Source of the DNA: Acaryochloris thomasi RCC1774
GTDB taxonomy: Bacteria > Cyanobacteriota > Cyanobacteriia > Thermosynechococcales > Thermosynechococcaceae
Assembly (NCBI RefSeq): GCF_003231495.1
Contig: NZ_PQWO01000001.1
Location: 420,001-452,000, forward strand
Reading direction: 5' to 3'
Length of the DNA stretch: 32,000 nucleotides
Positions 8,944 to 17,904 of the stretch are shown piece by piece (the first letter of the stretch is position 1; each line of letters begins with the position of its first letter). Both the position numbers and the translations under genes were made by a program. The notes below the pieces were generated by a model. It did not search any database. It was given only the letters and a program-made list of their open reading frames with translations, and was not told the DNA's origin.

Positions 8944-9316
8944 TACGCCAGAATCCTTCTAGGGGCCTGGGACGCGGGGGCTGTAGATTGTTGTCATTAT
9001 TGTCGGTTACCCCGATGCTGAATAGCCCCCCAATGGTCAAGAAGCCCCGGTGCCAGCCGTCAATATGATCGGGGTTGGTAATGACAGGCTGATTGAGGCG
9101 AATCGTTTGTCGCCCGCCGTTGACAAAATACATCGTCGCCCGCCGCTTCTTAAACCGAACTTGAATATCAAACAGCCCGCCTGTTTCGTAGGAATAAGCC
9201 GTGGCCTCGAAGGTCTCACCGTCTATATTTTGGCCCTGATATTCGGCGGCCAGCACAGGCGACGGGCTAGCAATCAGTGCTGCTGATATCCATGCGGCTG
9301 TCCACTTTCCTTTCAT
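8918..9316 (-). CDS. Hypothetical secreted protein, 132 aa
   Basis: ATG start with a clear signal peptide (MKGKWTAAWISAALIASPSPVLAAE). No family recognised. Its 3' end overlaps the CAP gene by 26 nt. Confidence 0.55.
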   Translation of the reverse strand: MKGKWTAAWISAALIASPSPVLAAEYQGQNIDGETFEATAYSYETGGLFDIQVRFKKRRATMYFVNGGRQTIRLNQPVITNPDHIDGWHRGFLTIGGLFSIGVTDNNDNNLQPPRPRPLEGFWRISLKDDPV

Positions 9317-9665
9317 CTGACGGCTCCTTTTACCCCTAGAGTCTTGTTATCTATCCTAGCGAGAATTAGTCAGAGTGGCGGAAGTGCTGAGAGGGTATGG
9401 GCGATAACGGGTGATCAAGCTCGAGACCTGTATTGACTTGCAAGCCACAGGTTTACCCCTTGGTTACGGTTTGAATATTGGAGCAGCAGTTTAAAGGATT
9501 TTGAGATGATGAGCTAATGCAAGCCATTAATGATAAGCACTAATACCAAACGGCAGTCATTCTGAATATCGTTAGACTAGAGACGCTATCTTCTAGTTTA
9601 TTTCTGGTGATTGCCTTTATGTCGTGGCTCCCAGCTCATCTAACCACCTGATTCATTCAAGCGTT

Positions 9666-10106
9666 ATGGAAAGTACGAAAACAAGGCCCGGTGCAAAGGT
9701 GCCCTATTGCGGAGACCGACCTATCGTATTCTTCGATGGGGAATGCATGATGTGCAATGCCTTTGTGAATCAACTGCTCCAAATTGATACCACAGGTAAG
9801 GTGTTGATTGCGGCGCTCCAGGGTGAGACGGCTCAGCGCTATCTGCCACCATTACCCGAAAATCGGGAAGAATGGTCCTTCTTCTACTTGGACCAAGCGG
9901 GGTTTTCTGATCAGTCAGATGCCTTTGTGCGGCTTTGCGATCGCATCGGCGGCGTCTGGGCTATTCTGAGCGCAATTCGGATTATCCCAGCTCCGATTCG
10001 GAATACAGTCTATCGATTCATTGCCCGCAATCGGTATCGATGGTTTGGTCAGCGCTCTACCTGTCGCATCCCTACTCAGGAAGAGCAACAGCGTTTTTTA
10101 CCCTGA
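9666..10106 (+). CDS. DCC-family thiol-disulfide oxidoreductase (DUF393)
   Basis: Contains the diagnostic FDGxCxxC motif (IVFFDGECMMCNAF) and the C-terminal RYRWFG pattern. The ORF track begins at GTG 9624; I prefer the first ATG at 9666. Confidence 0.8.
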   Translation: MESTKTRPGAKVPYCGDRPIVFFDGECMMCNAFVNQLLQIDTTGKVLIAALQGETAQRYLPPLPENREEWSFFYLDQAGFSDQSDAFVRLCDRIGGVWAILSAIRIIPAPIRNTVYRFIARNRYRWFGQRSTCRIPTQEEQQRFLP

Positions 10107-10230
10107 AATTTCTACCCTCCTCACTTGGAGTTATAGCCATTGAACCTGACTTAATCCGTTTCCCTTCCCTTGATCCTGAGATTTTAGGGAATAAGGTCTA
10201 TAACTTCATTGAACGATGCGAAGCGCAATC

Positions 10231-10518
10231 ATGAACCTTGATGAACTGCCAGGGTCGGAATTGATATTGCCTGGACTGGAAGATCTTCATAATGGCAATT
10301 CCAATACGATGGGGGCATTGTTGGTTGCGATCGCATCCACCCGCCTAACCAACACAGGGTTAAACTTTCCCAAAGCCCATCTAATGCCAGAACCTGAACT
10401 CACCTTGTACAACCATCTCCAGCGCGAACGGGAAGATGCCTCTCCCCATTACAATGCTTTGCTCGATAGCCTTAACAACTTTTGTAATGCCCTGGAACTG
10501 AGTCGCACGCGCAGTTAG
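10231..10518 (+). CDS. Hypothetical protein, about 95 aa
   Basis: ORF with ATGs at 10216 and 10231. No motif recognised. Its stop overlaps the stop of the convergent pentapeptide-repeat gene. Confidence 0.4.
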   Translation: MNLDELPGSELILPGLEDLHNGNSNTMGALLVAIASTRLTNTGLNFPKAHLMPEPELTLYNHLQREREDASPHYNALLDSLNNFCNALELSRTRS

Positions 10519-11363
10519 CTTAGGTAAGAGCCCAATTCAAGACCATCGGTCAAGTCGGTGTATTTGAGCTGCGCTAGGTTCAAGTCAGTCTCGCTAAACT
10601 GGGCTTGGGAGAGATGCGATCGCAAACAGTTCACCCCCCGCAGACTCGCCCTCTGTAGCTGCGTATTCTGCAAGATCGCTTTACTCAAAATGGCCCAGGA
10701 GAAATCAGCTTCTGTACAGTCTGCATCTGTCAAATTGGCTTCTAACAGATTCGCTTGGCAGAGCCTAGCGCCCTTTAGATTGGCCTGCTGCAGGTTGGCC
10801 CCGATCATGCTGGCTCCGTTAAGGATCGCCTGGGCGAGATTGATGCGATCGCAACTTGCCCCATTCAACTGGGCTTCGGTTAGTATTGCCCTCTCTAGAT
10901 CTGCCTGCCGTAGCTGTGTTCGACACAGCAGCGCCGAGCGCAGGTCTGCATCTTGGAGTTGCGATCTCGTCAAATTAGCATCACTGAGATCCGCCTCCCG
11001 GAACAAACTGATGGTTGCTTCTACCTCTGTCAGATCCGCCTGCCTGAGATCAGCACCACATAGGTTCGCATCCTGGAGCTGAGCCGCCATTAACGAAGCC
11101 TTATATAATCGAGCCTCAATCAAATCGGCTGACAAAAGATTGGCCTCCCGAAGGTTGGCCTCTTCAAAATTGACGCCCTGGAGATAAGTCTCCTGTAAAT
11201 CTGCGCTGCTGAGATTGGCATATCTCAAGTCAGCCCCAATGAGATGAATCCCTTTCAAATTGGCATAGGCAAGATCGGGTTTCAGGCCAGGGTGCTCTGA
11301 GCGCCAGCGGTTCCAAGCTGCAGCACCCTGCTTCAGAATGTCAATATGTTCAGGATTCGCCAT
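10515..11363 (-). CDS. Pentapeptide-repeat protein, 282 aa
   Basis: Nearly the whole ORF is tandem A(D/N)LxX pentapeptides (ANLSSADLQETYLQGVNFEEANLREANLLSADL...). The ATG lies 6 nt after the ccmP stop, with GGGAG between them. Confidence 0.9.
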   Translation of the reverse strand: MANPEHIDILKQGAAAWNRWRSEHPGLKPDLAYANLKGIHLIGADLRYANLSSADLQETYLQGVNFEEANLREANLLSADLIEARLYKASLMAAQLQDANLCGADLRQADLTEVEATISLFREADLSDANLTRSQLQDADLRSALLCRTQLRQADLERAILTEAQLNGASCDRINLAQAILNGASMIGANLQQANLKGARLCQANLLEANLTDADCTEADFSWAILSKAILQNTQLQRASLRGVNCLRSHLSQAQFSETDLNLAQLKYTDLTDGLELGSYLS

Positions 11364-11369
11364 GCTCCC

Positions 11370-12011
11370 CTATTCTTTTCCCCGACTATTCGGATACTCT
11401 CGACCCGTGATGCTTTCCATCGCCGCCAGAACCCCCTGTGCAGCCGCCTTAATATCGCGTTCCGCGCCGCCAAGATAGAGACGTCCGAAGCTGCCCACCG
11501 CATTCACCTGCAAAATATTGATCAGCGCCGACTTCTCAGCTTCATTCGCAGCCAAAGCGGCATAGGCAGCGGGCTGCACCTCCATCACATAAAGCGTTTG
11601 ACCGGCCATAATCATTTGGCCGCGACGGGTTCGGTTGATGAGTTGACACTGGTGAGCATCAATATTGCGGATGATCTGACTAGAGACAACCTGGGGTTTG
11701 AGACGGTCCTCTCGGCGTGCCCCCAGCATATCTAGCATGGCGCGTCCAGCCGCGTTCACCTCGGCTTGCTGGCTAGCATGAACTTCAAGCAGCCCATACA
11801 GGCGCTCAACCATTTGGATGCCGGGTCGCACCACCGCCGCTTTGAGAGCGACATCCATCAGCCGATTGATTTCTACACCGGGCGAAATCTCGATCCAAAG
11901 AGAAGTGTCACCGGGTATGGGTAGAAAACCTAGCGAGACTGTTCCCATGTAGGCGGCATGTTGAGACTGGAGACTGTCGAGATAAACATAGCTACGTAGT
12001 TCAACACCCAA
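11370..12011 (-). CDS. ccmP: Carboxysome shell protein CcmP (tandem-BMC, BMC-T)
   Basis: 213 aa, near-colinear with S. elongatus CcmP as I recall it ([12 protein letters not shown]..., [50 protein letters not shown]). It uses a TTG start preceded by AGGAG. Confidence 0.9.
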   Translation of the reverse strand: MGVELRSYVYLDSLQSQHAAYMGTVSLGFLPIPGDTSLWIEISPGVEINRLMDVALKAAVVRPGIQMVERLYGLLEVHASQQAEVNAAGRAMLDMLGARREDRLKPQVVSSQIIRNIDAHQCQLINRTRRGQMIMAGQTLYVMEVQPAAYAALAANEAEKSALINILQVNAVGSFGRLYLGGAERDIKAAAQGVLAAMESITGREYPNSRGKE

Positions 12012-12068
12012 GGGTTTGCGCTCCTATGATCGATGAGAAGGAGGCGAGGCTATGCCTAAACTCCAAGT

Positions 12069-12092
12069 GTGGCAGATCCAGCTTACTGCCAC
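12069..12092 (-). terminator. Possible stem-loop downstream of the PNPOx-like gene
   Basis: GTGGCAG (12069-12075) pairs with CTGCCAC (12086-12092) as a 7-bp stem with a 10-nt loop. There is no clear U-tract, so support is weak. Confidence 0.2.
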
Positions 12093-12147
12093 TCATGCAC
12101 CAAATCATAGAAATAGGCTTGATTCTAAGTCACCGTATATGGAGAGG

Positions 12148-12603
12148 CTATAGCTGTTCCGGTTCCACCCAGAAGATTTTGCCGAACCCACCAATGTAGC
12201 GAATCCGAACCGGCTCAATCTCATAGAGCTGAAATCCGTGGGTGTTCTGATAGCCCTCCGATTCAGGAAAGTCCTGGAAGTACTTTTGATATTTAGCTTC
12301 ATCTCTAGCAAAGTCCAAAGGCACTGCTCGCCCGAGAATACTGGCTCGCCCATGCTTTTGAGGATCTTGGGTTCCACCCTGCACATTTTCTAAGATCGTG
12401 ATCGAAACTCGACTGTCGTTGGCTATATTCTTTGTGTGTTGAGCTAAATTGCTAATAAAAATGAGTGGGTGATATCTGTCTGTCAGGCTGTAGGGGGTGA
12501 CTGAGCCGAAAGGGAATCCTTCCACTGCGACCGAGTATGTGGAAAGAACGCCAAAGTTTTGCTGCTCAATCAGCTTCTTGACTGCGTTGGCTTCTGAGGA
12601 CAT
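12148..12603 (-). CDS. Pyridoxamine 5'-phosphate oxidase-like / HugZ-like FMN-binding split-barrel protein
   Basis: 151 aa. The pattern LIEQQNFGVLSTYSVAVEGFPFGSVTPYSL ... PLIFISNLAQHTKNI..DSRVSI is typical of the PNPOx-like split beta-barrel family. Confidence 0.7.
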   Translation of the reverse strand: MSSEANAVKKLIEQQNFGVLSTYSVAVEGFPFGSVTPYSLTDRYHPLIFISNLAQHTKNIANDSRVSITILENVQGGTQDPQKHGRASILGRAVPLDFARDEAKYQKYFQDFPESEGYQNTHGFQLYEIEPVRIRYIGGFGKIFWVEPEQL

Positions 12604-12738
12604 AGGATCAATTACTTGCTACTGTCGTTGTCCACCATATGATGGCTTGTTTCAAGGCTCTATGCCGTCTAATCGATAAAGCTACACCGCATTTGCCGAT
12701 GTCATGGATCTTCAAAAGGTACAGGGGCTTCTCTGAAC

Positions 12739-13272
12739 TTACACGCCCCAAGTCGGATCTGGACACCGCATGCCTTCTGGCTGAATGGCTTCTAGATTCT
12801 TGGTTTTACGATTAGCTCTCCAGGCATGACTAAACTGAGTAATCCACTGAGACGACGGTTGCTCACTAGAACTGTCAATCAATGCAAAGAGTTCTAAATC
12901 CTGTCTACTGTTGAGTTCACAACCTACTAACAGAGAAACATCACTGGCCGTTTCAACCGCGTCAAATACTTGTCTAGTTTGCTGACTATTGTTGCGAGAA
13001 AGTATCTGTTCAAATAGCCAAATTTTTCGATTACCCTGCTTGAAAATTGAGACTGAATAGGGTTGTTCGGCTAGAGCATCGCCGACCAAGAATCCACCTT
13101 CGTTCGTGAGGCCCTCTGGTAGGCCAATGAAAACGGCAGTGCGAATGTCTTGTCCTACTTCATGGATTTGTTTGTACTGAATACCTACAAGAGAGGCTAC
13201 GGGCTGAGCGAGACCTGGCGAGGCTGAAGTGAGAAGTAGCGTTATCCAGCAAGCTGTGTTCAAGGTTCGCAT
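12739..13272 (-). CDS. Hypothetical secreted protein, 177 aa
   Basis: ATG start with signal peptide MRTLNTACWITLLLTSASPGLAQP. No family recognised. Confidence 0.5.
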   Translation of the reverse strand: MRTLNTACWITLLLTSASPGLAQPVASLVGIQYKQIHEVGQDIRTAVFIGLPEGLTNEGGFLVGDALAEQPYSVSIFKQGNRKIWLFEQILSRNNSQQTRQVFDAVETASDVSLLVGCELNSRQDLELFALIDSSSEQPSSQWITQFSHAWRANRKTKNLEAIQPEGMRCPDPTWGV

Positions 13273-13629
13273 AGCTCAAGACTTGAAAGACTAACCTCAC
13301 TCTAGATCATCATTTGTGGCTTGAGACTTCAGGATTACAGCTATAGCCAAGAGTTTTGAGGTATTCATCAATCGGAAGCTGCTAAGTAGAGTACATGAAA
13401 CATCAAGCCTGCTGCCGTTTTTAATCCCCTTTGGTATTGCTCAAGACAAGCCGCTCAATTAGCTAAATTTTGGATTCGACCAATTATGTAAATTGCAGGC
13501 CAGACTGAGAGTGGAGTGCTAGTCAAAGCCGAAATCCAGATGGATGATAATTGTATCTGTCTACCGACGTCACTGTAGGATGTAACCGTCGAGGCTCAAG
13601 ACCATCACCCCAATAGTGCCTTCATCTTC

Positions 13630-14922
13630 ATGAGCTACTACATTTCTCCACGTTTTCTCGACAAACTGGCGGTCCACATCACCAAAAATTTCATGAATCT
13701 GCCAGGGGTGAAGGTTCCGCTCATTCTTGGGGTTCATGGTCGTAAAGGAGAAGGAAAATCTTTTCAATGCGAGCTAGTTTTTGAAAAGATGGGGATTATT
13801 CCCGTTCGCATGTCTGCTGGAGAGTTAGAAAGCCCTGATGCAGGTGATCCGGTGCGCTTGATTCGGATGCGCTATCGAGAGGCGGCAGAGCTAATTCGGG
13901 TGCGGGGCAAGATGTGTGTCCTGCTCATCAATGATTTAGATGCTGGGGCAGGCCGCGTGGACCGGATGACGCAGTACACGGTCAATACGCAGTTGGTGAA
14001 CGGTACGCTAATGAATATTGCCGATAATCCAACAGATGTGCAGCTTCCGGGTAGCTATGAGACGGAGCCAATCCATCGAGTACCGATTATTGCGACAGGT
14101 AATGATTTCTCAACGTTGTATGCGCCGTTAGTCCGCGATGGCCGGATGGAGAAGTTTTACTGGCAGCCTAGCCATGAAGATCGCATTGGCGTGGTGGCGG
14201 GTATTTTTGCCCCTGATCGGCTCTCGGCGACTGATGTTGAGCGATTAGTAGAAACTTTCCCGAGGCAGTCCTTGGATTTTTTTGGGGCGTTGCGATCGCA
14301 ACTCTATAACAACCAAGTCCGCGAGTTCATCAACAAAGTTGGCCTAGGCCAAGTCTCAACCCATCTCGTCAACAACCCGGGTCAGCGACTCCAGTTCGAT
14401 CAAACCAAAGTGGGCTTGACTCACCTGATCGAAATTGGGCAACATCTACAACAAGAACAAACCCAGCTTCAAGAAACCCGCCTTGCCGGAGAATATTTTG
14501 CCGGGGCCAAATCCTCTAAATCGGGGCGTTCTAGAAATCTACAGCCCAAGCCCAAGCCATCCGTACCGCTAACTCAAGCTCCAGAGCCAGTACGCACTGA
14601 ATCCAGCTATGTCAGCGACAGCAACGGTACTTTCCCACAAGACGACTGGCCGGAGAAAGTCGCTGTCGCCAAAATTGAGCAGCTCCTGCAGCGAGCGATT
14701 CTGCAAGGCGGACGGCTAACGTTAGAGGTCGCTCGTCCCCGCGAAAAATCTAACAACGTCTGGCGCACCTGGCCGTGGCCCCAGCCGCCTAAAAATGCCA
14801 CCCATGCCTTAGCAGGGATTAAAACCTGCTTGCAAGAGCATCCCAACAGCTTTATTCGACTGATCGGCTACAACCCTCAAACACAAACTCGGCTACTCGA
14901 AGAGTTAATCGTGCGGCCTTAG
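13630..14922 (+). CDS. rca: Rubisco activase-like AAA+ protein with a C-terminal SSUL (RbcS-like) domain
   Basis: 430 aa. The N-terminus MSYYISPRFLDKLAVHITKNF is followed by Walker A GVHGRKGEGKS and Walker B VLLINDLDAG. A P/S/K-rich linker (about residues 295-340) precedes a roughly 90-aa C-terminal RbcS-like module (FIRLIGYNPQTQTR). Confidence 0.9.
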   Translation: MSYYISPRFLDKLAVHITKNFMNLPGVKVPLILGVHGRKGEGKSFQCELVFEKMGIIPVRMSAGELESPDAGDPVRLIRMRYREAAELIRVRGKMCVLLINDLDAGAGRVDRMTQYTVNTQLVNGTLMNIADNPTDVQLPGSYETEPIHRVPIIATGNDFSTLYAPLVRDGRMEKFYWQPSHEDRIGVVAGIFAPDRLSATDVERLVETFPRQSLDFFGALRSQLYNNQVREFINKVGLGQVSTHLVNNPGQRLQFDQTKVGLTHLIEIGQHLQQEQTQLQETRLAGEYFAGAKSSKSGRSRNLQPKPKPSVPLTQAPEPVRTESSYVSDSNGTFPQDDWPEKVAVAKIEQLLQRAILQGGRLTLEVARPREKSNNVWRTWPWPQPPKNATHALAGIKTCLQEHPNSFIRLIGYNPQTQTRLLEELIVRP

Positions 14923-14929
14923 AAATCCC

Positions 14930-15508
14930 TTAATGTTTGACAAAACTGAGCCAACCAAATAACTCACCTATTGTTAGCGGCCAGTCACCCAAGCGTGAGA
15001 GTACTGGCAAAATATCAGACTGATCTTCTAGGGCAATGGGTTGTTGATTGGGTTGGAAGATAATCACTGTTTTTTCTGCAGGATCAATCAGCCACCCTAG
15101 CTGAGTACCGTTGTTGAGGCAAAACAGAATATTATTAATCACTCGTGTAGGACGCTGATCTGGTGACAGAATTCCAATGGTCCAGTCAGGATAAATCGGA
15201 AACACATTCTCGACTTCTCCAGCTGCGCCTACTGGAATCCTGCTCCATTCAAAGACTGTAATATCTGGAACAATAGAGCGTCCATCGAAGGTACAGCGTA
15301 ATTCTGTAAAGGCATGAGCAATGCGTTTCGGAACAGCCACCTGATTAATGGCAGAGGTGAAGACGGTTTGAATCAGACTATGTTTTCCCTGAGGCATAGT
15401 TTTTTGATAAATTCGACCGTCAAAAAACTCGCTAGCAGGTTTAGTCTCTGGCAACTTCAAGAACTCTTCCAGCGATAAGGTTGATGATGCCGGGGGTGAT
15501 ATCGTCAT
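14930..15508 (-). CDS. Uma2-family (DUF820) putative endonuclease
   Basis: 192 aa. LSLEEFLKLPETKPASEFFDGRIYQKTMPQGKHS plus PDITVFEW and later acidic residues fit the Uma2 / restriction-endonuclease-like fold family that is expanded in cyanobacteria. Confidence 0.8.
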   Translation of the reverse strand: MTISPPASSTLSLEEFLKLPETKPASEFFDGRIYQKTMPQGKHSLIQTVFTSAINQVAVPKRIAHAFTELRCTFDGRSIVPDITVFEWSRIPVGAAGEVENVFPIYPDWTIGILSPDQRPTRVINNILFCLNNGTQLGWLIDPAEKTVIIFQPNQQPIALEDQSDILPVLSRLGDWPLTIGELFGWLSFVKH

Positions 15509-15676
15509 GCAGCGTTCCTCCTCAAACCATCCTAACGGACCCAGGATTTATAGTTTTCGCTGCTGCTCGTCCGTATGTATTGGGCAATCGCTAACGTAGA
15601 GCGCTATCTCAGCGATAGTCTCAAGGAATCGATAGAGTTGATTGCGAAATACAAAGAGGATGTTGACGACACACAA

Positions 15677-16753
15677 CTACTCGTCAATTTGCCATAGCTC
15701 TTTCGTATAGCCTTCATCCAAGATTTTCTTCGGCCTAACCACCAAAATTACGCGGCCCAGTAGCGTTTGCTCGGGTGCTTCTGCAAACCATTGGGTTATA
15801 ACCTGTCCGTCCTGTTCCACTAGGAAATGGCTATTCGCATCCCACTGCTGCTGATCGCGATCCACGACCACAATCACCTCTTCTACCGTTTTGTTCGGCA
15901 GTGGCGCTGACAGGGCATCGCTCTGGCATCTCAAAGCAATCGGCTGCGTTGCTTTCAATAGCACCTGCCATCCAGGGAGCGCTAGCCAAGTGCGATCGCC
16001 CTTCGATTCCAGGATACCAAACGCGCCCATAGCCTCTACTGATGAATCGGCTTCTAGCTCGGTTGCAGGTAAAGGGAGCTGGCCTAGCAAAGGCAAAATG
16101 CGCGGCATTTCGGTCTCTGACTCTAGCCGATAGACCGGCAACGGTGCAGCCTGCAACTCTTGTGTCACAGTAAAGTCCGTTAAGAGCTGCTCAATCGCCT
16201 TACGTGCAGTGTCGCTGTGGGCAAACTTTAAGCCTTTGGCAATTAGACGCGATCGCACCTGTAGATCGCTCTCCAGGCGTGCCACCCGCCAACACTGGTA
16301 AGCCACCGCATCACCTGGATTCTTTGTGAAAGCCTCAGGTGGCTGACGCACCAGCGCAAAGTCCTTGACCGCCTTCGCTGCAGCCTTTGCATCATCTGCA
16401 TCCAGTTTCTTCTCTAGCGTCAGCGTTGCTGCCTCTACCCGAGCTGCAGGACTCAGAATCCGAAACTCATAAAGGCAATCACTGCCTCGCTGCTCGAAAT
16501 AGCTGATCACTGGATCAGAGGCTGGAATATCTAGCAGCGTTTGATAGACCTGGGCACCGACAATAATCTGATTTTGATGAATGGGTTCAAATCCAGTCGC
16601 CTCAAAGATGGCCTGAGGCTTGTATCCTCCCTTTTGTAAGCGTTGGCAAGCCTGCCCCCACTCAACCCACGTTCCTTGTTTGCGACGCAGAGAAAGCAGC
16701 AGTGCTTCAAATTCAGAATTTTGCTCAGCAGACTCTGGAGAGTAATCCGGCAT
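15677..16753 (-). CDS. raf1: Rubisco accumulation factor 1
   Basis: 358 aa. LLSLRRKQGTWVEWGQACQRLQKGGYKPQAIFEATGFEPIHQNQIIVGAQVY matches the cyanobacterial Raf1 N-terminal domain as I recall it. The ATG lies 12 nt after the ccmK4 stop, with GGAG between. Confidence 0.9.
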   Translation of the reverse strand: MPDYSPESAEQNSEFEALLLSLRRKQGTWVEWGQACQRLQKGGYKPQAIFEATGFEPIHQNQIIVGAQVYQTLLDIPASDPVISYFEQRGSDCLYEFRILSPAARVEAATLTLEKKLDADDAKAAAKAVKDFALVRQPPEAFTKNPGDAVAYQCWRVARLESDLQVRSRLIAKGLKFAHSDTARKAIEQLLTDFTVTQELQAAPLPVYRLESETEMPRILPLLGQLPLPATELEADSSVEAMGAFGILESKGDRTWLALPGWQVLLKATQPIALRCQSDALSAPLPNKTVEEVIVVVDRDQQQWDANSHFLVEQDGQVITQWFAEAPEQTLLGRVILVVRPKKILDEGYTKELWQIDE

Positions 16754-16765
16754 AGAGACAGCTCC

Positions 16766-17116
16766 CTAAGCTCTACGGCTAGGCGGTAGAGCACCATATC
16801 CATTGACGGCCTGCCGAAAGTCTTCGACCTCTTCGGTGTAGTGAATATCCATCACAGCTTCAACATTCTCGTGGGGACGTGGAATCACAACCCAGGTTTC
16901 TAAGACACCACCGGGCGTTTTCTTTGCCGCTTCAACCCCAGCTTCCATAGCCATTTTGACTTCTTGGACATCGCCGCGGATGTTAATCGTAAATCGGGCA
17001 CTTCCGGCTCGCACATAGCTGACCAGCGTCACTCGCCCAGCCTTAACCATGGCATCGGCAGCAGCCAACACTGGGGGAAATCCTTTCGTCTCGAGTGAAC
17101 CAACGGCCTGCGGCAT
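16766..17116 (-). CDS. ccmK4: Carboxysome shell hexamer protein CcmK4 (BMC-H)
   Basis: 116 aa. AVGSLETKGFPPVLAAADAMVKAGRVTLVSYVRAGSARFTINIRGDVQEVK and VIPRPHENVEAV closely resemble the CcmK4 paralogue. AGGAG lies upstream. Confidence 0.9.
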   Translation of the reverse strand: MPQAVGSLETKGFPPVLAAADAMVKAGRVTLVSYVRAGSARFTINIRGDVQEVKMAMEAGVEAAKKTPGGVLETWVVIPRPHENVEAVMDIHYTEEVEDFRQAVNGYGALPPSRRA

Positions 17117-17234
17117 TCCTGAACTCCTAAAATTAATCCTGAAAACAATTGTCTGATATCAGCCCCTCGACCATTCTACGCGGCTAGAGCCTCAAAAAAA
17201 CACTGTTCCAATTGCGACCAGACGGGCCAGTTCA

Positions 17235-17549
17235 TTAAAGCACCCGATAGGGTTCTGCCTCTTCGGTATAGTTGATTGGCAAAACCGCTTCAATATTTTC
17301 AGTTGGGTTAGGAATAATTGTGTAGGATTCCACCTTGGCTGACAGCGGTAGCTTTTCCACTGCCTCAATCCCCGCAGCCATCGCCTGCTTCACTTCAGAG
17401 ACCGGCCCGCGAATCGAAATCAGATAGCGACCACTGGCGCAGCTTTCATATTTAGCCAGCGTGACTCGTCCAGCCTTAACCATGGCATCGGCCGCCACTA
17501 AAACAGCAGGGTAACCATAGGTCTCAATCATTCCAACAGCGGCTGGCAT
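17235..17549 (-). CDS. ccmK3: Carboxysome shell protein CcmK3 (BMC-H paralogue)
   Basis: 104 aa BMC domain (AVGMIETYGYPAVLVAADAMVKAGRVTLAKYESCASGRYLISIRGPVSEVK). It is divergent in the pore-loop region and sits immediately upstream of ccmK4, as in known ccmK3-ccmK4 satellite loci. GGAG lies upstream. Confidence 0.85.
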   Translation of the reverse strand: MPAAVGMIETYGYPAVLVAADAMVKAGRVTLAKYESCASGRYLISIRGPVSEVKQAMAAGIEAVEKLPLSAKVESYTIIPNPTENIEAVLPINYTEEAEPYRVL

Positions 17550-17640
17550 TCTTGTTCTCCGGTATTAAGTCCGCAGTACAGACTATACCCTGATTGCGCT
17601 GCAGTTCGATGCGGGCAGCGCCGAGTTGTAGAGGTGAAGA

Positions 17641-17832
17641 CTAATCCATATACCCCACAAAATCCTCAAAGTCCTCGTCACGATTCGAGGCAATGGGACG
17701 GTTGTTCGGCAGTGGTGTACGAACCGCTAGATCCAGCGGATTTTCTGATGCGTTTGATTGCGCTTCGGATAACTGACCTTGCTCTTCAGACACCGAGGAT
17801 TCTCCATGATCGATACATTTGTCTTGAATCAT
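17641..17832 (-). CDS. Possible small acidic protein, 63 aa; coding status uncertain
   Basis: ATG ORF on the same strand as ccmK3. The sequence is low-complexity and acidic and ends in RDEDFEDFVGYMD. The SD is weak, and a competing 98-aa + strand ORF overlaps it. Confidence 0.25.
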   Translation of the reverse strand: MIQDKCIDHGESSVSEEQGQLSEAQSNASENPLDLAVRTPLPNNRPIASNRDEDFEDFVGYMD

Positions 17833-17904
17833 GGCACGGTTTGCTGTTTCTCAATGGGTACTTGATGTCAGACTCAACCACTTTCACTGCTGTGGTTACC
17901 CCTC

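Noticed and set aside
10558-11082. A 174-aa + strand ORF lies opposite the pentapeptide-repeat gene.
   Set aside because: It is an antisense artefact of the repetitive coding sequence. The minus-strand translation is a textbook pentapeptide-repeat protein, while the + strand product is Ser/Ala/Arg/Cys-rich nonsense.
15605-15617. The TATC-N5-GATA palindrome (T-N11-A, LysR-type shape) between raf1 and the Uma2 gene might be a CcmR/NdhR-like site.
   Set aside because: It does not match the ATAG-N8-CTAT form reported for NdhR. It lies downstream of raf1 and upstream of the Uma2 gene rather than in front of a carbon-concentrating-mechanism gene. T-N11-A is also very degenerate.
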